A program made the translations under genes and the position numbers. Of a DNA stretch of 64,000 bases, positions 46,319 to 56,923 are shown piece after piece; the stretch's first letter is position 1, and each line of letters opens with the position of its first letter. The DNA comes from Rubripirellula sp. (GTDB lineage: Bacteria; Planctomycetota; Planctomycetia; Pirellulales; Pirellulaceae). Where the stretch lies: assembly GCA_965216875.1 (NCBI GenBank), contig OZ244207.1, positions 4,160,001 to 4,224,000 of the forward strand, in the 5' to 3' direction. Below the pieces are notes generated by a model. That model had not been told where the DNA came from and did not search any database. It worked only from the letters and a program-made list of their open reading frames with translations.

Positions 46319-46777
46319 CTACGCCTCCTCAGCCGGTTTTGCCTGATTGATTTCGATGCGACGCGAACCCGCCTTGGCCGCTTTCGGCAGCAGAATCGTC
46401 AACACACCGTGTTCATAGTTGGCGACAATCCCGTCACGATCGACCGTCTTGGGTAATTCGACCGCACGGCGAAACTCACCGAACACACGTTCGACACGTC
46501 GCTTGCCGCCTTCGGTGTCTTCTTTTGTATCCCGCCGTACACCATGAATGGTCAAACGGTTGTCCTCGATGTCGACGTTGACATCTTCGGGCTTCACACC
46601 AGGAAGGTCCAAAGCAAACTCGTAACCAGTGTCGGTTTCTTCGATGTCCATTCGAGGTGCGAAACGGACCGATTGGTCCGAACACTCTTCATTGAAAAAC
46701 GACTCGACCAACGTGTTCATGTCAGTTGCCAAGTCGTTGATCAAACGCCCGGTCGAATGTGGAAATACCATTCTCAT
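46319..46777 (-). CDS. Hsp20/alpha-crystallin small heat-shock protein
   Basis: PRMDIEET, DLPGV, ERVFGEFRR, ANYEHGVLTI. Confidence 0.92.
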   Translation of the reverse strand: MRMVFPHSTGRLINDLATDMNTLVESFFNEECSDQSVRFAPRMDIEETDTGYEFALDLPGVKPEDVNVDIEDNRLTIHGVRRDTKEDTEGGKRRVERVFGEFRRAVELPKTVDRDGIVANYEHGVLTILLPKAAKAGSRRIEINQAKPAEEA

Positions 46778-47114
46778 TGTTTTTCTCCTCACACTTTTAA
46801 GCGAACAAACAGACCAGTCGGTTTGCTGCGTTTCATTCCACTCGATCCGACGTCACTCTGGACGCCGAGCCAGTTACGGAAAACAACGAGCAAACTTACG
46901 GGTACTGTGCCCGCAAACGGATGCTGTTAATCAAAAGGGAAGGAGCTACCGCGGATGGCTCCGACTCAAAGCCGCTGTCAATTTGGCAGACAACTCTCAG
47001 TCGAAAGAATGAATAACGCGAACGGCGTGCCAAACGTTTCCCGTTCGCTCCGCGGGCAGCTTGAGGGCCGGTGCAACGTCGCGTTCTCGAGGACGCCCGC
47101 ACGGGTCAAGCAAG

Positions 47115-48203
47115 CTAGTTCAGTTCGCCTTCGCCGAAGCTACCGCTGAGATGACGCTGCAGGTAACTGGCGCGTTCAACGTTTCGATCAGAGGACCCAA
47201 GCAAGCGGCCGTGCAACTTTTGCAAGTGTGCCGGTTGCGTATGGATGAAGAGCTTGTTGATCGTTCCAACGGGAACATCATCAATCAAACCAAGGTTCAC
47301 GCCCATGCGAACCTTCGACAGATAGTGCATCGTCTCTTCACTGCTGATCTTCTTGGCCGTGCTTAAGATGCCAAGAGCGCGGCTGACGTCATCATGCAGA
47401 TCTTTCTGGCTTTGTGAGATCAGAAAGTCACGTGCCTTGCGTTCGTATTCGATGATACGCGGCACCACTTCATCACCGACCAATGCGACCAGTTCTTCTT
47501 CGCTGTGCCCGAGCGTGATTTGGTTGCTGACTTGGTAGAAGTCACCGGTGTATTGAGATCCCTCGCCGTAGAGACCACGAACGGTGACGTTGATTCGCTG
47601 CATGCTGCGAAACACCTTTTCGATCTGGCGCGTGATCACAAGTGCGGGTAGATGCAACATCACACTGACGCGAAGACCGGTCCCAACGTTGGTGGGACAA
47701 GCGGTCAAGTATCCGTATGCCGGATGGAAGGCGTACCAAATCTCTTTTTCAAGTTTGTCATCGAGCGCGTCGATCCGTTGCCAAGCCGACCTCAAATCGA
47801 GACCGCTGTGCATGACTTGAATGCGAAGATGATCCTCTTCGTTGATCATCACGCTGTATTGTTCGCCTGGATCGACGGCGACGGCGCGAGAGCCATCGGC
47901 TTCGGCAATCTCGCGGCTAATCAGCTGGCGTTCGACGAGGAACTGGCGATCAATTTCGGAGAGTTGTTCGATGTCGATGTAGGAAATTTCTTTCCAATCT
48001 TCGATCGCGTCCATGCGTGCGCGAACGGTTCGCTCGATGCTGATTCGATCCTCGTCCGAACAACGACGGATGAATGGAAAGTCAGCAAGATTGCGAGCGA
48101 GCCGGATCCGGCTGCTGATCACGATATCCGATTCAGGGCCGGTACCGCGCAACCACTCACCCGAGGTTTTTGCTAACTGCTTGAAGTCCGATTCACGTTT
48201 CAC
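47115..48203 (-). CDS. mcsB: Protein arginine kinase
   Basis: SSRIRLARN, NEEDHLR, CPTNVGTGLR, RGLYGEGS, QVSNQITLG. Confidence 0.93.
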   Translation of the reverse strand: MKRESDFKQLAKTSGEWLRGTGPESDIVISSRIRLARNLADFPFIRRCSDEDRISIERTVRARMDAIEDWKEISYIDIEQLSEIDRQFLVERQLISREIAEADGSRAVAVDPGEQYSVMINEEDHLRIQVMHSGLDLRSAWQRIDALDDKLEKEIWYAFHPAYGYLTACPTNVGTGLRVSVMLHLPALVITRQIEKVFRSMQRINVTVRGLYGEGSQYTGDFYQVSNQITLGHSEEELVALVGDEVVPRIIEYERKARDFLISQSQKDLHDDVSRALGILSTAKKISSEETMHYLSKVRMGVNLGLIDDVPVGTINKLFIHTQPAHLQKLHGRLLGSSDRNVERASYLQRHLSGSFGEGELN

Positions 48204-48205
48204 GC

Positions 48206-48739
48206 CTACTCGTCTCCCTCGCTGGGCGCCGGTTCGTTCTTGCCCTCCGATTCGATGCGTTTGAGTTCGTCACGAATTTCGGATGCCCGTTCGTAATCTT
48301 CGCGATCGATCGCCTCTTCCATTTCGCGACGAAGCCCAATCATCTGCGCTTGTGAATCGGCCGAGGCGGCAGCGCGGCGCGGACGTTTTCCGCAATGTTC
48401 TGTCGCATCGTGAATGTTGGTCAACAAGGGAACCAAATCGGAGTCGAAGTGGGTGTAGTCGTAGGGACAACCGAGCCGACCGGTGTTTCGAAACTCGAAA
48501 AAGCTGATCCCACAAACGGGACACTCCTTTTGGTCCAGTTCGGCGAGTTCTTGTTTCGATTGGCCAAGATGAAGCTGTTTGGCGAGTGCACCGGTGATCG
48601 ATGCAGCCGGCGACGACGCTTCCTTTTGCAAGTGGACGCGCGCGTGTTCTTCGCACAAATGCATCACCTGCGGGCCGTTTGGTTCAGTCAATTCGGTGAT
48701 ATGAAAAGTGGCGGGCTTTTCACAATATTGGCATTTCAT
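48206..48739 (-). CDS. mcsA: McsB activator, CxxC + UVR domain
   Basis: MKCQYC, LCEEHA, CPVCG, GRLGCPYDY, EDYERASEIRD. Confidence 0.88.
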   Translation of the reverse strand: MKCQYCEKPATFHITELTEPNGPQVMHLCEEHARVHLQKEASSPAASITGALAKQLHLGQSKQELAELDQKECPVCGISFFEFRNTGRLGCPYDYTHFDSDLVPLLTNIHDATEHCGKRPRRAAASADSQAQMIGLRREMEEAIDREDYERASEIRDELKRIESEGKNEPAPSEGDE

Positions 48740-49046
48740 GTCTCGTTCCTGGCCATCTGCGACGCACGAGAACGATGACTGACGGCTTCCAAATTGCCGT
48801 AAATCTTTTCGCCTCAATGGTATAGCGAACCCAAGCAAATGGATTCTATCGCTGTTGGGGGTAGTGTCAACGCGACGAGAAATGGGCAAACGCGCGAACA
48901 CGGCGGCGTTTTCGGGGCTCAACACTGTCACTACCGGCGCCACAGAGGGGCCTACACGCAACGGGCATTTCCGCAGAAACTAGCGGACACAAGACGATCT
49001 GTACCCAATGATCTTGCCGCGCTGATCACGACTCAAAGCAATCTCG

Positions 49047-50570
49047 ATGCATACGCCTGCCGCCACAACGTTCGCCCAGTTGGCTGTCGAACACGATTTC
49101 GTCCCCGTTTGCCGTCGGCTTTTGAGCGACACGTTGACGCCTGTGACGGCATTTCGACTGCTTGAAGATGGCGGACCAGCCTGTCTGTTTGAGAGTGTGA
49201 TCGGCGGCGAAAAGGTGGGGCGTTACAGCTTCCTTGCATCGGGACCGGTTCGCCGATTTGCCGCCCGCCGACAAGAAATCGAAGTGACCGAAACGGGCGA
49301 CGGTTCGGTCGAAACGTCCCAGGCCGACGATCCACTCGATGCTTTTCGCGAACATTTCCATTATCGCGTCGCTCAAATCGACGACCTGCCGCCCTTTGTC
49401 GGGGGTGCCATTGGATACGCCAGCTACGACGTGGTCCGATACGTCGAGAACCTTCCCAATTCGCCCGAAGACGATCGCAACCTTCCCGACCTCGACTTTT
49501 CTTTCTATCACACGCTTTGTGTTTTTGATCACGTCGCCAAAACCATCACCGTGATCTCACTGGCCGACTGCCGCGAAACAGATTCCGCCGACCAAGCCGC
49601 CGCAGCCTACAACGAAGCAAAATCACGGGTCGACGAAGCGGTCGAAAAGCTGACCGCCCCCGTCGCTGCGAGTGCTGACGAATGGAACCCCGATCAATGG
49701 AAGGAACAATCGGACGGTTCGCCGCTTGAAATCGAAGCCAACTTCACGCGTGAATCGTTTGGCAAGGCGGTCACCGATTGCGTTGAGTACATTCGCGCCG
49801 GCGATATCTTTCAAGTCGTCCCCAGCCAACGGATGACCGTTACCACGGATGTCGATCCCTTTGAGATCTATCGCTCGCTCCGCGTCGTCAATCCAAGCCC
49901 CTTCATGTTCTACGTTCGCACGCCCGAATGTGAACTCGTAGGATGCTCACCCGAAATCATGTGCCGCGTTGCCGACAGCGTCGTGACCGTTCGCCCGCTC
50001 GCAGGCACTCGCCGCCGCGGACAGGATTCGAAAGAGGACAAGGCACTCGAAAAAGAACTGCTTGCCGACCCCAAAGAACGTGCCGAGCACGTGATGTTGG
50101 TCGACCTCGGACGCAACGATGTTGGACGCGTTGCCAAGTACGGCACCATCGAATTGACCGAAGTCATGGTGGTGGAACGTTACAGTCACGTGATGCACAT
50201 CAGCAGTGAAGTGCAGGGCACACTGCGCGACGGACTCGATGCGTTTGATGCCTTGAAAGCCTGCTTGCCGGCCGGAACGGTTTCGGGGGCGCCGAAAGTG
50301 CGAGCGATGGAAATCATCGACTCGATCGAACCGCATCGCCGCGGCCCCTACGCGGGCGCCGTCGGCTACATCGACTACCGCGGCAATATGGATACCTGCA
50401 TCGCACTGCGAACGATGGTCGCCAAAGAGGGCAAAGTCTATGTGCAAGCGGGTTGTGGTGTCGTTGCCGACAGCGACCCCGATGCCGAGTACGACGAGAC
50501 GATCAACAAAGCGAAAGCGCTCATTTCCGCCATCGAGCTAACGGCGCTGCGCGAAAAGGCCAAGTCGTAA
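49047..50570 (+). CDS. trpE: Anthranilate synthase component I
   Basis: LFESV, GDIFQVV, NPSPFM, PLAGT, AEHVMLVDLGRND, PAGTVSGAPK. Confidence 0.93.
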   Translation: MHTPAATTFAQLAVEHDFVPVCRRLLSDTLTPVTAFRLLEDGGPACLFESVIGGEKVGRYSFLASGPVRRFAARRQEIEVTETGDGSVETSQADDPLDAFREHFHYRVAQIDDLPPFVGGAIGYASYDVVRYVENLPNSPEDDRNLPDLDFSFYHTLCVFDHVAKTITVISLADCRETDSADQAAAAYNEAKSRVDEAVEKLTAPVAASADEWNPDQWKEQSDGSPLEIEANFTRESFGKAVTDCVEYIRAGDIFQVVPSQRMTVTTDVDPFEIYRSLRVVNPSPFMFYVRTPECELVGCSPEIMCRVADSVVTVRPLAGTRRRGQDSKEDKALEKELLADPKERAEHVMLVDLGRNDVGRVAKYGTIELTEVMVVERYSHVMHISSEVQGTLRDGLDAFDALKACLPAGTVSGAPKVRAMEIIDSIEPHRRGPYAGAVGYIDYRGNMDTCIALRTMVAKEGKVYVQAGCGVVADSDPDAEYDETINKAKALISAIELTALREKAKS

Positions 50571-50574
50571 AGTA

Positions 50575-50763
50575 AGGCCCGACGCTAGTAGCGCGTTCGG
50601 CTCACACCGTTCGTCGTCCCGCCTTCAGGCGGAATGAGAGAAGATTCCGGCTAAAGCTCGGTACTACGAACTCGTAGCGGGAGAAGGCCAGGTCGTGGTC
50701 GTGGAGTGTGGCCCGACGCTAGCGCGTTCGGCTCACTTTGTGTCATGCACAGCATGACCTACG
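50575..50763. repeat. REP-like palindrome cluster between convergent genes
   Basis: Two GGCCCGACGCTAG..GCGTTCGGCTCAC copies around a GTTCGT..CCGCCTTCAGGCGG..GGTACTACGAAC element. Confidence 0.82.
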
Positions 50764-50778
50764 CTCACCAAAAGCCAC

Positions 50779-53772
50779 TCAACGCGTCCAGGGTTGGTCG
50801 TCACCTTCGACAAGGAGATAGCGGCGGTTGGGCTCGGGTGCCGTGATGATCGCCTCGGCACCGGACGGCCATTTGATTTCGATGTGATCAATCTTTTCGG
50901 CATCGCCGATTCCGAAACCTGTCACCGCCTCGTTGCTGCACAGGAATCCGTCTCCACCGGTCACGAAGCCGGTCAACCGCTTTCCGTCAACAACGGCGAC
51001 GACCTCGGCACCAACAGCGCCACGTTCCGACTCGGTCCCGACCAACTCGACCTGTACCCAATTGAGTGAATCAGTTTGATTCTCAAGTAGAAGTGTCGGC
51101 GAGTGGAGGTGACCTGCGATCAAGTCCTGACGACCATCTCCATTCCAGTCGATCACCGCAAGCGTTCGCCCGTGACGCGTGATCTCCCAAAAGGTCGACG
51201 TGGCTTCGGATGCCGCATCGGTCACGAATCGACCAGCGATGCCACGAAAGAGTTGCGGACGCATTCGAAAAGGGGTCCCCGACCGCTCGATCACGTGCCC
51301 ATTGAGGACGGCGAGATCAAGCCAACCGTCACAGTCAAAGTCGACCGCCTGCGTTCCCCAGGCAACGGTTTTGCGAGTTTCGGAATAGAGACCGTAAGGC
51401 AAGGTTTTGTTGATGAACGTGCCACCTTTCTGTTGCAAATACAGATCCGACGGCTGGGTCCAGAAATTGGTTACGTGCAGATCGATCATGCCGTTGCGAT
51501 CAAAGTCCCCTGCGGCTGTGCCCATGCAGCCATGCTCGGTATCGGCAAAACCGTTTGCGAGTCCAGAGACCTGTGCGGATTCAACCAGCGCTGACGGATT
51601 GGCTTCCGCTGCGTCCGGCACGCTGCGCCAGTAATGGTTGCTGACAACGTCGTTTGCAACAAAGACGTCGTTTCCATCGCGTCGATCAAAGTTGGCGATG
51701 ATGGCGGCAAAACCTGGGCCCGGCGCCGCTTGGAGCTCATCGCGTTTTACACCGAAGCTGCCGTCACCCGTGTTCCAAAGAATCTGGTCGACCGCGTGTT
51801 TGTAGCCGCTGGGAACACAGGCGGTCTCGGTCGCCGTGCAGGGCGTGCTCAGCGCTCTGGGGTCGTCCACATAGTTCACTTCAAAGACATCCGGCAAACC
51901 ATTGCCGCTCAGGTCGCCACAAGCGACCACGGTGGTCCAATCGCCGCGCTGAGTTCCCGGTGTCTGTTGGCGACGAAAAGTGCCGTCACCACAGTTGATG
52001 TAGGTAGCGTTGGGACCGATGTTCGCGATCACCAAATCGGGAAAACCGTCCTGATTCAGGTCGGCGACCGCAACGCCTTGTCCGTACCCTCGGTCGTCGA
52101 TACCAGCCAAGGCCGCAACATCGACAAACGCTTTTCCAGCAAGATTGCGTTGCAATCCGTTGGGCTCGGAACCAGCGGCGTCGTATGCTTCGCCGCCAGC
52201 TTGAGACAATGCGACGTCAGGCCGTCCATCCAAGTCATAATCAATCACACCGATGCCGCCGCCGGTGAGTTGGTGCAAAAAGACCGTCGTGTCGTCCGGA
52301 TCATCGCCATTGTTGTATTGAAACTCGAATCCGACTTGCTTGGAAATGTCCTGCAGCGAAATTGCTCGGGGCGTCCCTTGGTACAACGGCTGCTGGGGCA
52401 ATGGCTTGGTGGTGGGAACTCCGACAAGCTTGGCTGCCGGCAGCGGGAACTTGTCGACATCGATTCCACACGTCCGCCAATCGTCCGCTGTATTGTCGAG
52501 CTCTTCAGCCGCGGCAAGTTCCTCGCGAGCCGTCACGATCTCAGCCTTTTCGGCGTCAGTGTATCCATGCAATCGGCTCGACACTTCGCGCCAGCCAACC
52601 GCTTCCCAAGGTCGCTTCAGTTCGACCATCCGCTCGGCCACCGCCTCGAGATCCTCTTTCGAACCAGGCTCCACCCCAATCCCCGCCATGACTTCAGCGA
52701 TGTCGGCCAGCAATTGGAATCGCTGTTGTGCCTCATTGGCCGCTTCGCTGTAACCGAGCGACTGCAAACACTGACCAAGACGGGCATAGGCAAACCGATC
52801 GGTTTCATCGATCAGCACCGCTTCGCAAAAGCAACGAACCGCTTCTTCGACGTGTCCGTTGCGTTGCAACCAGATTCCCAACGCGCGCCAATACTCGGGC
52901 TCGGCCGCAATGCCTTCGGGAACTTTGGTGATCCATAATTGCATCGCCCGATCGTCATCCGCCTCAGCGAACACGACGCCAAGGAAAGCAAAGACGGCCG
53001 GCGAGGGTTCTTCTTGATTGATCGCCAGTCTTTCGATCAGGCTGCGTGCCTGACGCAGTTCACCCACATGCCAATGCTCCTTGGCTTTCCCCAACACCGT
53101 CATCGTCCACTGCTGCTCCGAATCAGCCGGCAAATCAACTCCCGCATCGGTGAACGCGTCGGCATAACAACTCATCGAGAACATGTCTTTCTCGGTCGCA
53201 TCGCCATCCCGCAACAGATAGTCGAGGTGTGGTTTTGTGGCGATCCGTCGTCCCTGGTTGTTCAGCAATGACGCCACGCGATGGCGAATTCGATTCGACT
53301 CGGGAAACATCTCGAGGATGCGTTCGAGTTTTGCAGCAGCAAGGTCGAGTCGATCGATGTCTGCCAACAGGTTGCTGGCGCGTTCAAGGGCAGCCGCCAT
53401 GACATTGTCCGCCCCCTTGACCGATTCAAGCGTGGCGACCGCCTCCATCACTTGTCCCTTCGCCGCTTGGCATTCCGCAGCAAGGATGATGTATTCAGGT
53501 TTCTCAGGATCGGCGATCAACAACTTCTGGACGATCGCTTCGGCTTCTTCGGTGTTACCGAACTCAAGACGCTGGCCCGCCAACTCGTACAATTCTTCCG
53601 GCGAGCGAGTCTCGTTTTTTGCCGTTTGCTGACGCTGGCGGCTGCGAAGAAGTTGTTCGTTGCTATTGCCTTTGCCGCACCCCCAAGCGAGGGCAAGGGT
53701 CATCAAGGCAATCGAAAGCATCCCAAATCGTCGAATCAAACGCATATCAAAAAACCACGCCGAAAAATCCAC
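50779..53772 (-). CDS. TPR + FG-GAP/VCBS + ASPIC/UnbV (CRTAC1-like) protein, probable lipoprotein
   Basis: LAWGC lipobox-like motif, TPR-like N-terminal half, DYDLDGRPD / DLNQDGFPD repeats, GGDGFLCSN..FGIG..WPSG. Confidence 0.88.
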   Translation of the reverse strand: MDFSAWFFDMRLIRRFGMLSIALMTLALAWGCGKGNSNEQLLRSRQRQQTAKNETRSPEELYELAGQRLEFGNTEEAEAIVQKLLIADPEKPEYIILAAECQAAKGQVMEAVATLESVKGADNVMAAALERASNLLADIDRLDLAAAKLERILEMFPESNRIRHRVASLLNNQGRRIATKPHLDYLLRDGDATEKDMFSMSCYADAFTDAGVDLPADSEQQWTMTVLGKAKEHWHVGELRQARSLIERLAINQEEPSPAVFAFLGVVFAEADDDRAMQLWITKVPEGIAAEPEYWRALGIWLQRNGHVEEAVRCFCEAVLIDETDRFAYARLGQCLQSLGYSEAANEAQQRFQLLADIAEVMAGIGVEPGSKEDLEAVAERMVELKRPWEAVGWREVSSRLHGYTDAEKAEIVTAREELAAAEELDNTADDWRTCGIDVDKFPLPAAKLVGVPTTKPLPQQPLYQGTPRAISLQDISKQVGFEFQYNNGDDPDDTTVFLHQLTGGGIGVIDYDLDGRPDVALSQAGGEAYDAAGSEPNGLQRNLAGKAFVDVAALAGIDDRGYGQGVAVADLNQDGFPDLVIANIGPNATYINCGDGTFRRQQTPGTQRGDWTTVVACGDLSGNGLPDVFEVNYVDDPRALSTPCTATETACVPSGYKHAVDQILWNTGDGSFGVKRDELQAAPGPGFAAIIANFDRRDGNDVFVANDVVSNHYWRSVPDAAEANPSALVESAQVSGLANGFADTEHGCMGTAAGDFDRNGMIDLHVTNFWTQPSDLYLQQKGGTFINKTLPYGLYSETRKTVAWGTQAVDFDCDGWLDLAVLNGHVIERSGTPFRMRPQLFRGIAGRFVTDAASEATSTFWEITRHGRTLAVIDWNGDGRQDLIAGHLHSPTLLLENQTDSLNWVQVELVGTESERGAVGAEVVAVVDGKRLTGFVTGGDGFLCSNEAVTGFGIGDAEKIDHIEIKWPSGAEAIITAPEPNRRYLLVEGDDQPWTR

Positions 53773-53856
53773 TGGCAGCTACCGATGCGGCCGCCAAAGG
53801 CTCCATTCTAGCGTGGTTGTGTACGTTTTCAGTGGGACATTGCGAATCCGTCGCAC

Positions 53857-55611
53857 TTAGCGAAGTGGCCCGCGAATGGCCGAGCGAAGTCGTCCCAGAT
53901 AGACGTCCGCATCGCCGACTTCTTTCAAGACCTTTTGGCTCATCTCTTCGATCGACTTGTTGGCCGTCGCCAAGAGAGCGTTGGCCTGGTTCTGGTTGGT
54001 CCCGATGAGTGCATTCAACTCGGCCGCCTGCTGGTTGTAGGCCTTGTTGATCGCCTCGGTGCGTTGACGTCGGAAGACCGCGATTTGTTCGACAGCAGCC
54101 TGGCGAGCAGCATCTTGGAAAATGGAACCCAGGTTAGTGCTGATCTTCATGTCCAGATCGTCCCAGGTGCCGTCAAATCGAGCATCGATCTTCAAGCGAT
54201 CCACGCCTGCCAGGCTCGATTGGATTGCCCGAGCCGCAGGGGTCGTCGCATACTTGGGATGCGTCGCCAACGTCATCTTCAAACCGGTCTGCTTGCTGAT
54301 CAATTGACCGTTGACTTGGTCACCGTCAATCTTCAGTTGAACCCAAAGTTCACGCTGGCCACCTTCGATCTTGATTCCAGCATCGTGTGCGTTGCCCAAC
54401 ATCAACGGCTTGACGTCGGTGGTGGGCCACAGCAGAGTCACATGGTCGACGTCTTCACCCCGACGACGATCTCGCACGTAGTCGATCTCCAGGACTTCGG
54501 GGCCTTCAAGGCGAGCGCGAAACCGGGTTGGTTCTTCCAACAACTCGGGGGTCGGAGCAAGGTTGTAGAGTCGTCCCGATAACGCATAGGTCGTTCCACC
54601 CGATCGCATCAAACCGGACACAGTGCAGCGACGAATCAACAACTCAGGGCGTTGAACCACGTCAAGGTCGTGTGTGACTCCGCGAATGCGATCGCTCTCG
54701 GGTGACACCACGGTGTAGTCAGCGATCTTCTTGCCGCCGTCGAGGTAACCGCGAACACGGTCAACTTGTTGACGAACGGCTTCGGCCAAAATATCGAGGT
54801 CAACACTGTTGTTGTTGATCACCCCTTCCGGCACATATTGGCTTGCTCGTTGCAAGTCGATTTGGCGAGCCGTGTCCAACTCAGCCATTTGCAACTGCAG
54901 TTGGCTGGGAAGTGAATTGAGTTCTTCGCCGACGGTCAACCATTCGCTTCGCAGTTGTCGTGCTTCGGCAAGCGTCGATTCGAGCTGTTGCCAATCGCGA
55001 AGTGGGTTTTCGATCCCTTTGGCTTGATCGCGAACGGTGCGAATCTGACGCTCGAGGCTTTCGGCGCGATCGGTCAAATCCTTGTAGCGTTTTTGCCAGT
55101 CGCCTTTGAGGCGTTTACTAACACGCACCGTTTCGAGGTCTTTGTACAGTTCTTCGGATTGATCCGAGAGCGAGCCCGCAGCACCGCGCAAGATTCGCCC
55201 CAGCATTGACGGTTGATCGGAAACACTCGCTGGTTCCTCTTCAACCTCGCCGAGGTGCCCTGATGTTTCGCGAGCGGTATCGATTTCCAATCCGGTAATC
55301 GATCCATCACTGACGACCCAACGACGTCGCAACAGAGCGTCACCATCGATGGTCAAACTGACACTATCGGCTGTGATGGCGTTGCGCATCGCTTTGCCGT
55401 CGCGTGGATCGGCGATCGCAATGTCATCGTAATGAATGCGTGGTGGAAAAAGCCCGACGCGTGTTTGAGCCACTTCCACTTTGGCCCCCGTCACCGTTTC
55501 GATTGCAGCAACCGAAACGTAACCGACGACGCGTCCCAACCCTGCAACCAACAGCGTGATTGCGGCGATCACGACGATCAGCCGCGTCAATACAAAACGC
55601 CAGCGAATCAT
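53857..55611 (-). CDS. TIGR03545 family protein
   Basis: MIRWRF N-terminal TM, TGAKVEV, RETSG, coiled-coil; translationally coupled to TIGR03546-like gene. Confidence 0.75.
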   Translation of the reverse strand: MIRWRFVLTRLIVVIAAITLLVAGLGRVVGYVSVAAIETVTGAKVEVAQTRVGLFPPRIHYDDIAIADPRDGKAMRNAITADSVSLTIDGDALLRRRWVVSDGSITGLEIDTARETSGHLGEVEEEPASVSDQPSMLGRILRGAAGSLSDQSEELYKDLETVRVSKRLKGDWQKRYKDLTDRAESLERQIRTVRDQAKGIENPLRDWQQLESTLAEARQLRSEWLTVGEELNSLPSQLQLQMAELDTARQIDLQRASQYVPEGVINNNSVDLDILAEAVRQQVDRVRGYLDGGKKIADYTVVSPESDRIRGVTHDLDVVQRPELLIRRCTVSGLMRSGGTTYALSGRLYNLAPTPELLEEPTRFRARLEGPEVLEIDYVRDRRRGEDVDHVTLLWPTTDVKPLMLGNAHDAGIKIEGGQRELWVQLKIDGDQVNGQLISKQTGLKMTLATHPKYATTPAARAIQSSLAGVDRLKIDARFDGTWDDLDMKISTNLGSIFQDAARQAAVEQIAVFRRQRTEAINKAYNQQAAELNALIGTNQNQANALLATANKSIEEMSQKVLKEVGDADVYLGRLRSAIRGPLR

Positions 55612-56549
55612 GCCACTTTCCTTTGTTGAGAGTCGCGAAGTTGGCGAAGCAAGTAGTTCAATGCCTCGTCCATGGGCTGCTGATTGCCATCGGCGGTCTC
55701 TTCGGGTGCCGCCGGTGCTTCGCTGCCCTGATCGGTCGCGCGAGCTGCTTTGGTCTCGCGATAATCTTTCATGCGGATCACATCGATCCGTGTTTCGACG
55801 GCAACGTCCTTCGATTGCTGATCGAAATCGTCGTCGTCCTGTTCGGCCAACGCGTTTTCCAGTCGCGCGTCGAAGCCTTCGATATCAGCGTTCGCCGCCG
55901 ACGTGTCCGTCGCGGCGGCCGGTTGATGGTCAACGTGTTGCGTTGCCGACGCTTCGGACGCTACAGCCGTTTGCGAGTCGACAGCCGGCTCAGGCGCCTG
56001 TCGGTGCGGAGCCACAACGGTCGAGTGGCTTTGATCCACCAAAATGATCTGATGACTCGATCGCTCGGGTTCTTGCTTGTTTTCAGCCGCGTCCTTCGGT
56101 TCAGGTTCCATCTCAACCGGCGGTGCGAACAGACGAAATAGCGGGTAGGTCACAACAAAGATCGGGACAAGCAATCCTACGCCCAGCAGGAAGCTGCCCA
56201 TCACAACAGTGTTGTTGAGGTCGGTCCACGGAACGAGCGGCAATTGCCAGGCCCGAACCGCGACGTCGGTGACGCGTTGATCAGACAAGACGCGTTCGCC
56301 AAGCTGATGCGAGAAGGGATCAAACCAAGTCGCCGCAAACGTGGTCGCCACCGCGGTCAAACCGGCCATCGCATGATTGAGCTTGAGCGACAGCACGACC
56401 AACAGAATGCCGAGTGCGAGCAGATTGCCATGGGGCACGACGCCCAAAAGGAAGCCGAACGCAACGCCCCAAGCAAGTTGATGGGGGTATTTGCGACCAG
56501 CCACCGCGCGGCGTGCCGTTTTCACAAGTTTGATCGTCCAAATGATCAT
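55608..56549 (-). CDS. TIGR03546 (DUF2062) family membrane protein
   Basis: PHQLAWGVAFGFLLGVVP, PLVPWTDLNNTVVMGS; acidic tail. Confidence 0.8.
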   Translation of the reverse strand: MIIWTIKLVKTARRAVAGRKYPHQLAWGVAFGFLLGVVPHGNLLALGILLVVLSLKLNHAMAGLTAVATTFAATWFDPFSHQLGERVLSDQRVTDVAVRAWQLPLVPWTDLNNTVVMGSFLLGVGLLVPIFVVTYPLFRLFAPPVEMEPEPKDAAENKQEPERSSHQIILVDQSHSTVVAPHRQAPEPAVDSQTAVASEASATQHVDHQPAAATDTSAANADIEGFDARLENALAEQDDDDFDQQSKDVAVETRIDVIRMKDYRETKAARATDQGSEAPAAPEETADGNQQPMDEALNYLLRQLRDSQQRKVA

Positions 56550-56692
56550 TGCGGTGCGCCTCCATGCGCGTGCAATGGGTAAAGGGATACCTTCACTCGC
56601 TTTATCGGCCCTCTCGAGCCTGAATATTCAATACAGCCCGCAGAATTTCCCAATCCAGACCATTTTTCGGTCGCCCGGTTTCACGAGGCTTT

Positions 56693-56757
56693 CGTTCGTA
56701 GTACCGAGCATGGGCCGGAATCTCCGACACTTCCGCCTCAGGGCGGGACCACGAACA
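56693..56757. repeat. Degenerate GTAGTACC-family REP-like element
   Basis: GTTCGTAGTACCGAGC...CCGCCTCAGGGCGGGACCACGAAC. Confidence 0.7.
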
Positions 56758-56923
56758 GGACTCCAGCCGTCCCAGTATTGGCTTGGCGCCAGAATCTGCG
56801 AGAATTGTGGGGCTGATCCCATTTTGTTGTGACCAGACGTGTCAAAACCGGGGTCGAAGCTATGGAAGCTGAATCATTTTTCCGAGTGATTGCACCAATC
56901 ACCTGTGGCCGCGACGTTAACCT

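Noticed and set aside
46778..47114. CIRCE, CtsR box or ROSE element upstream of hsp20
   Set aside because: No TTAGCACTC inverted repeat, tandem GGTCAAA heptads or ROSE motif seen.
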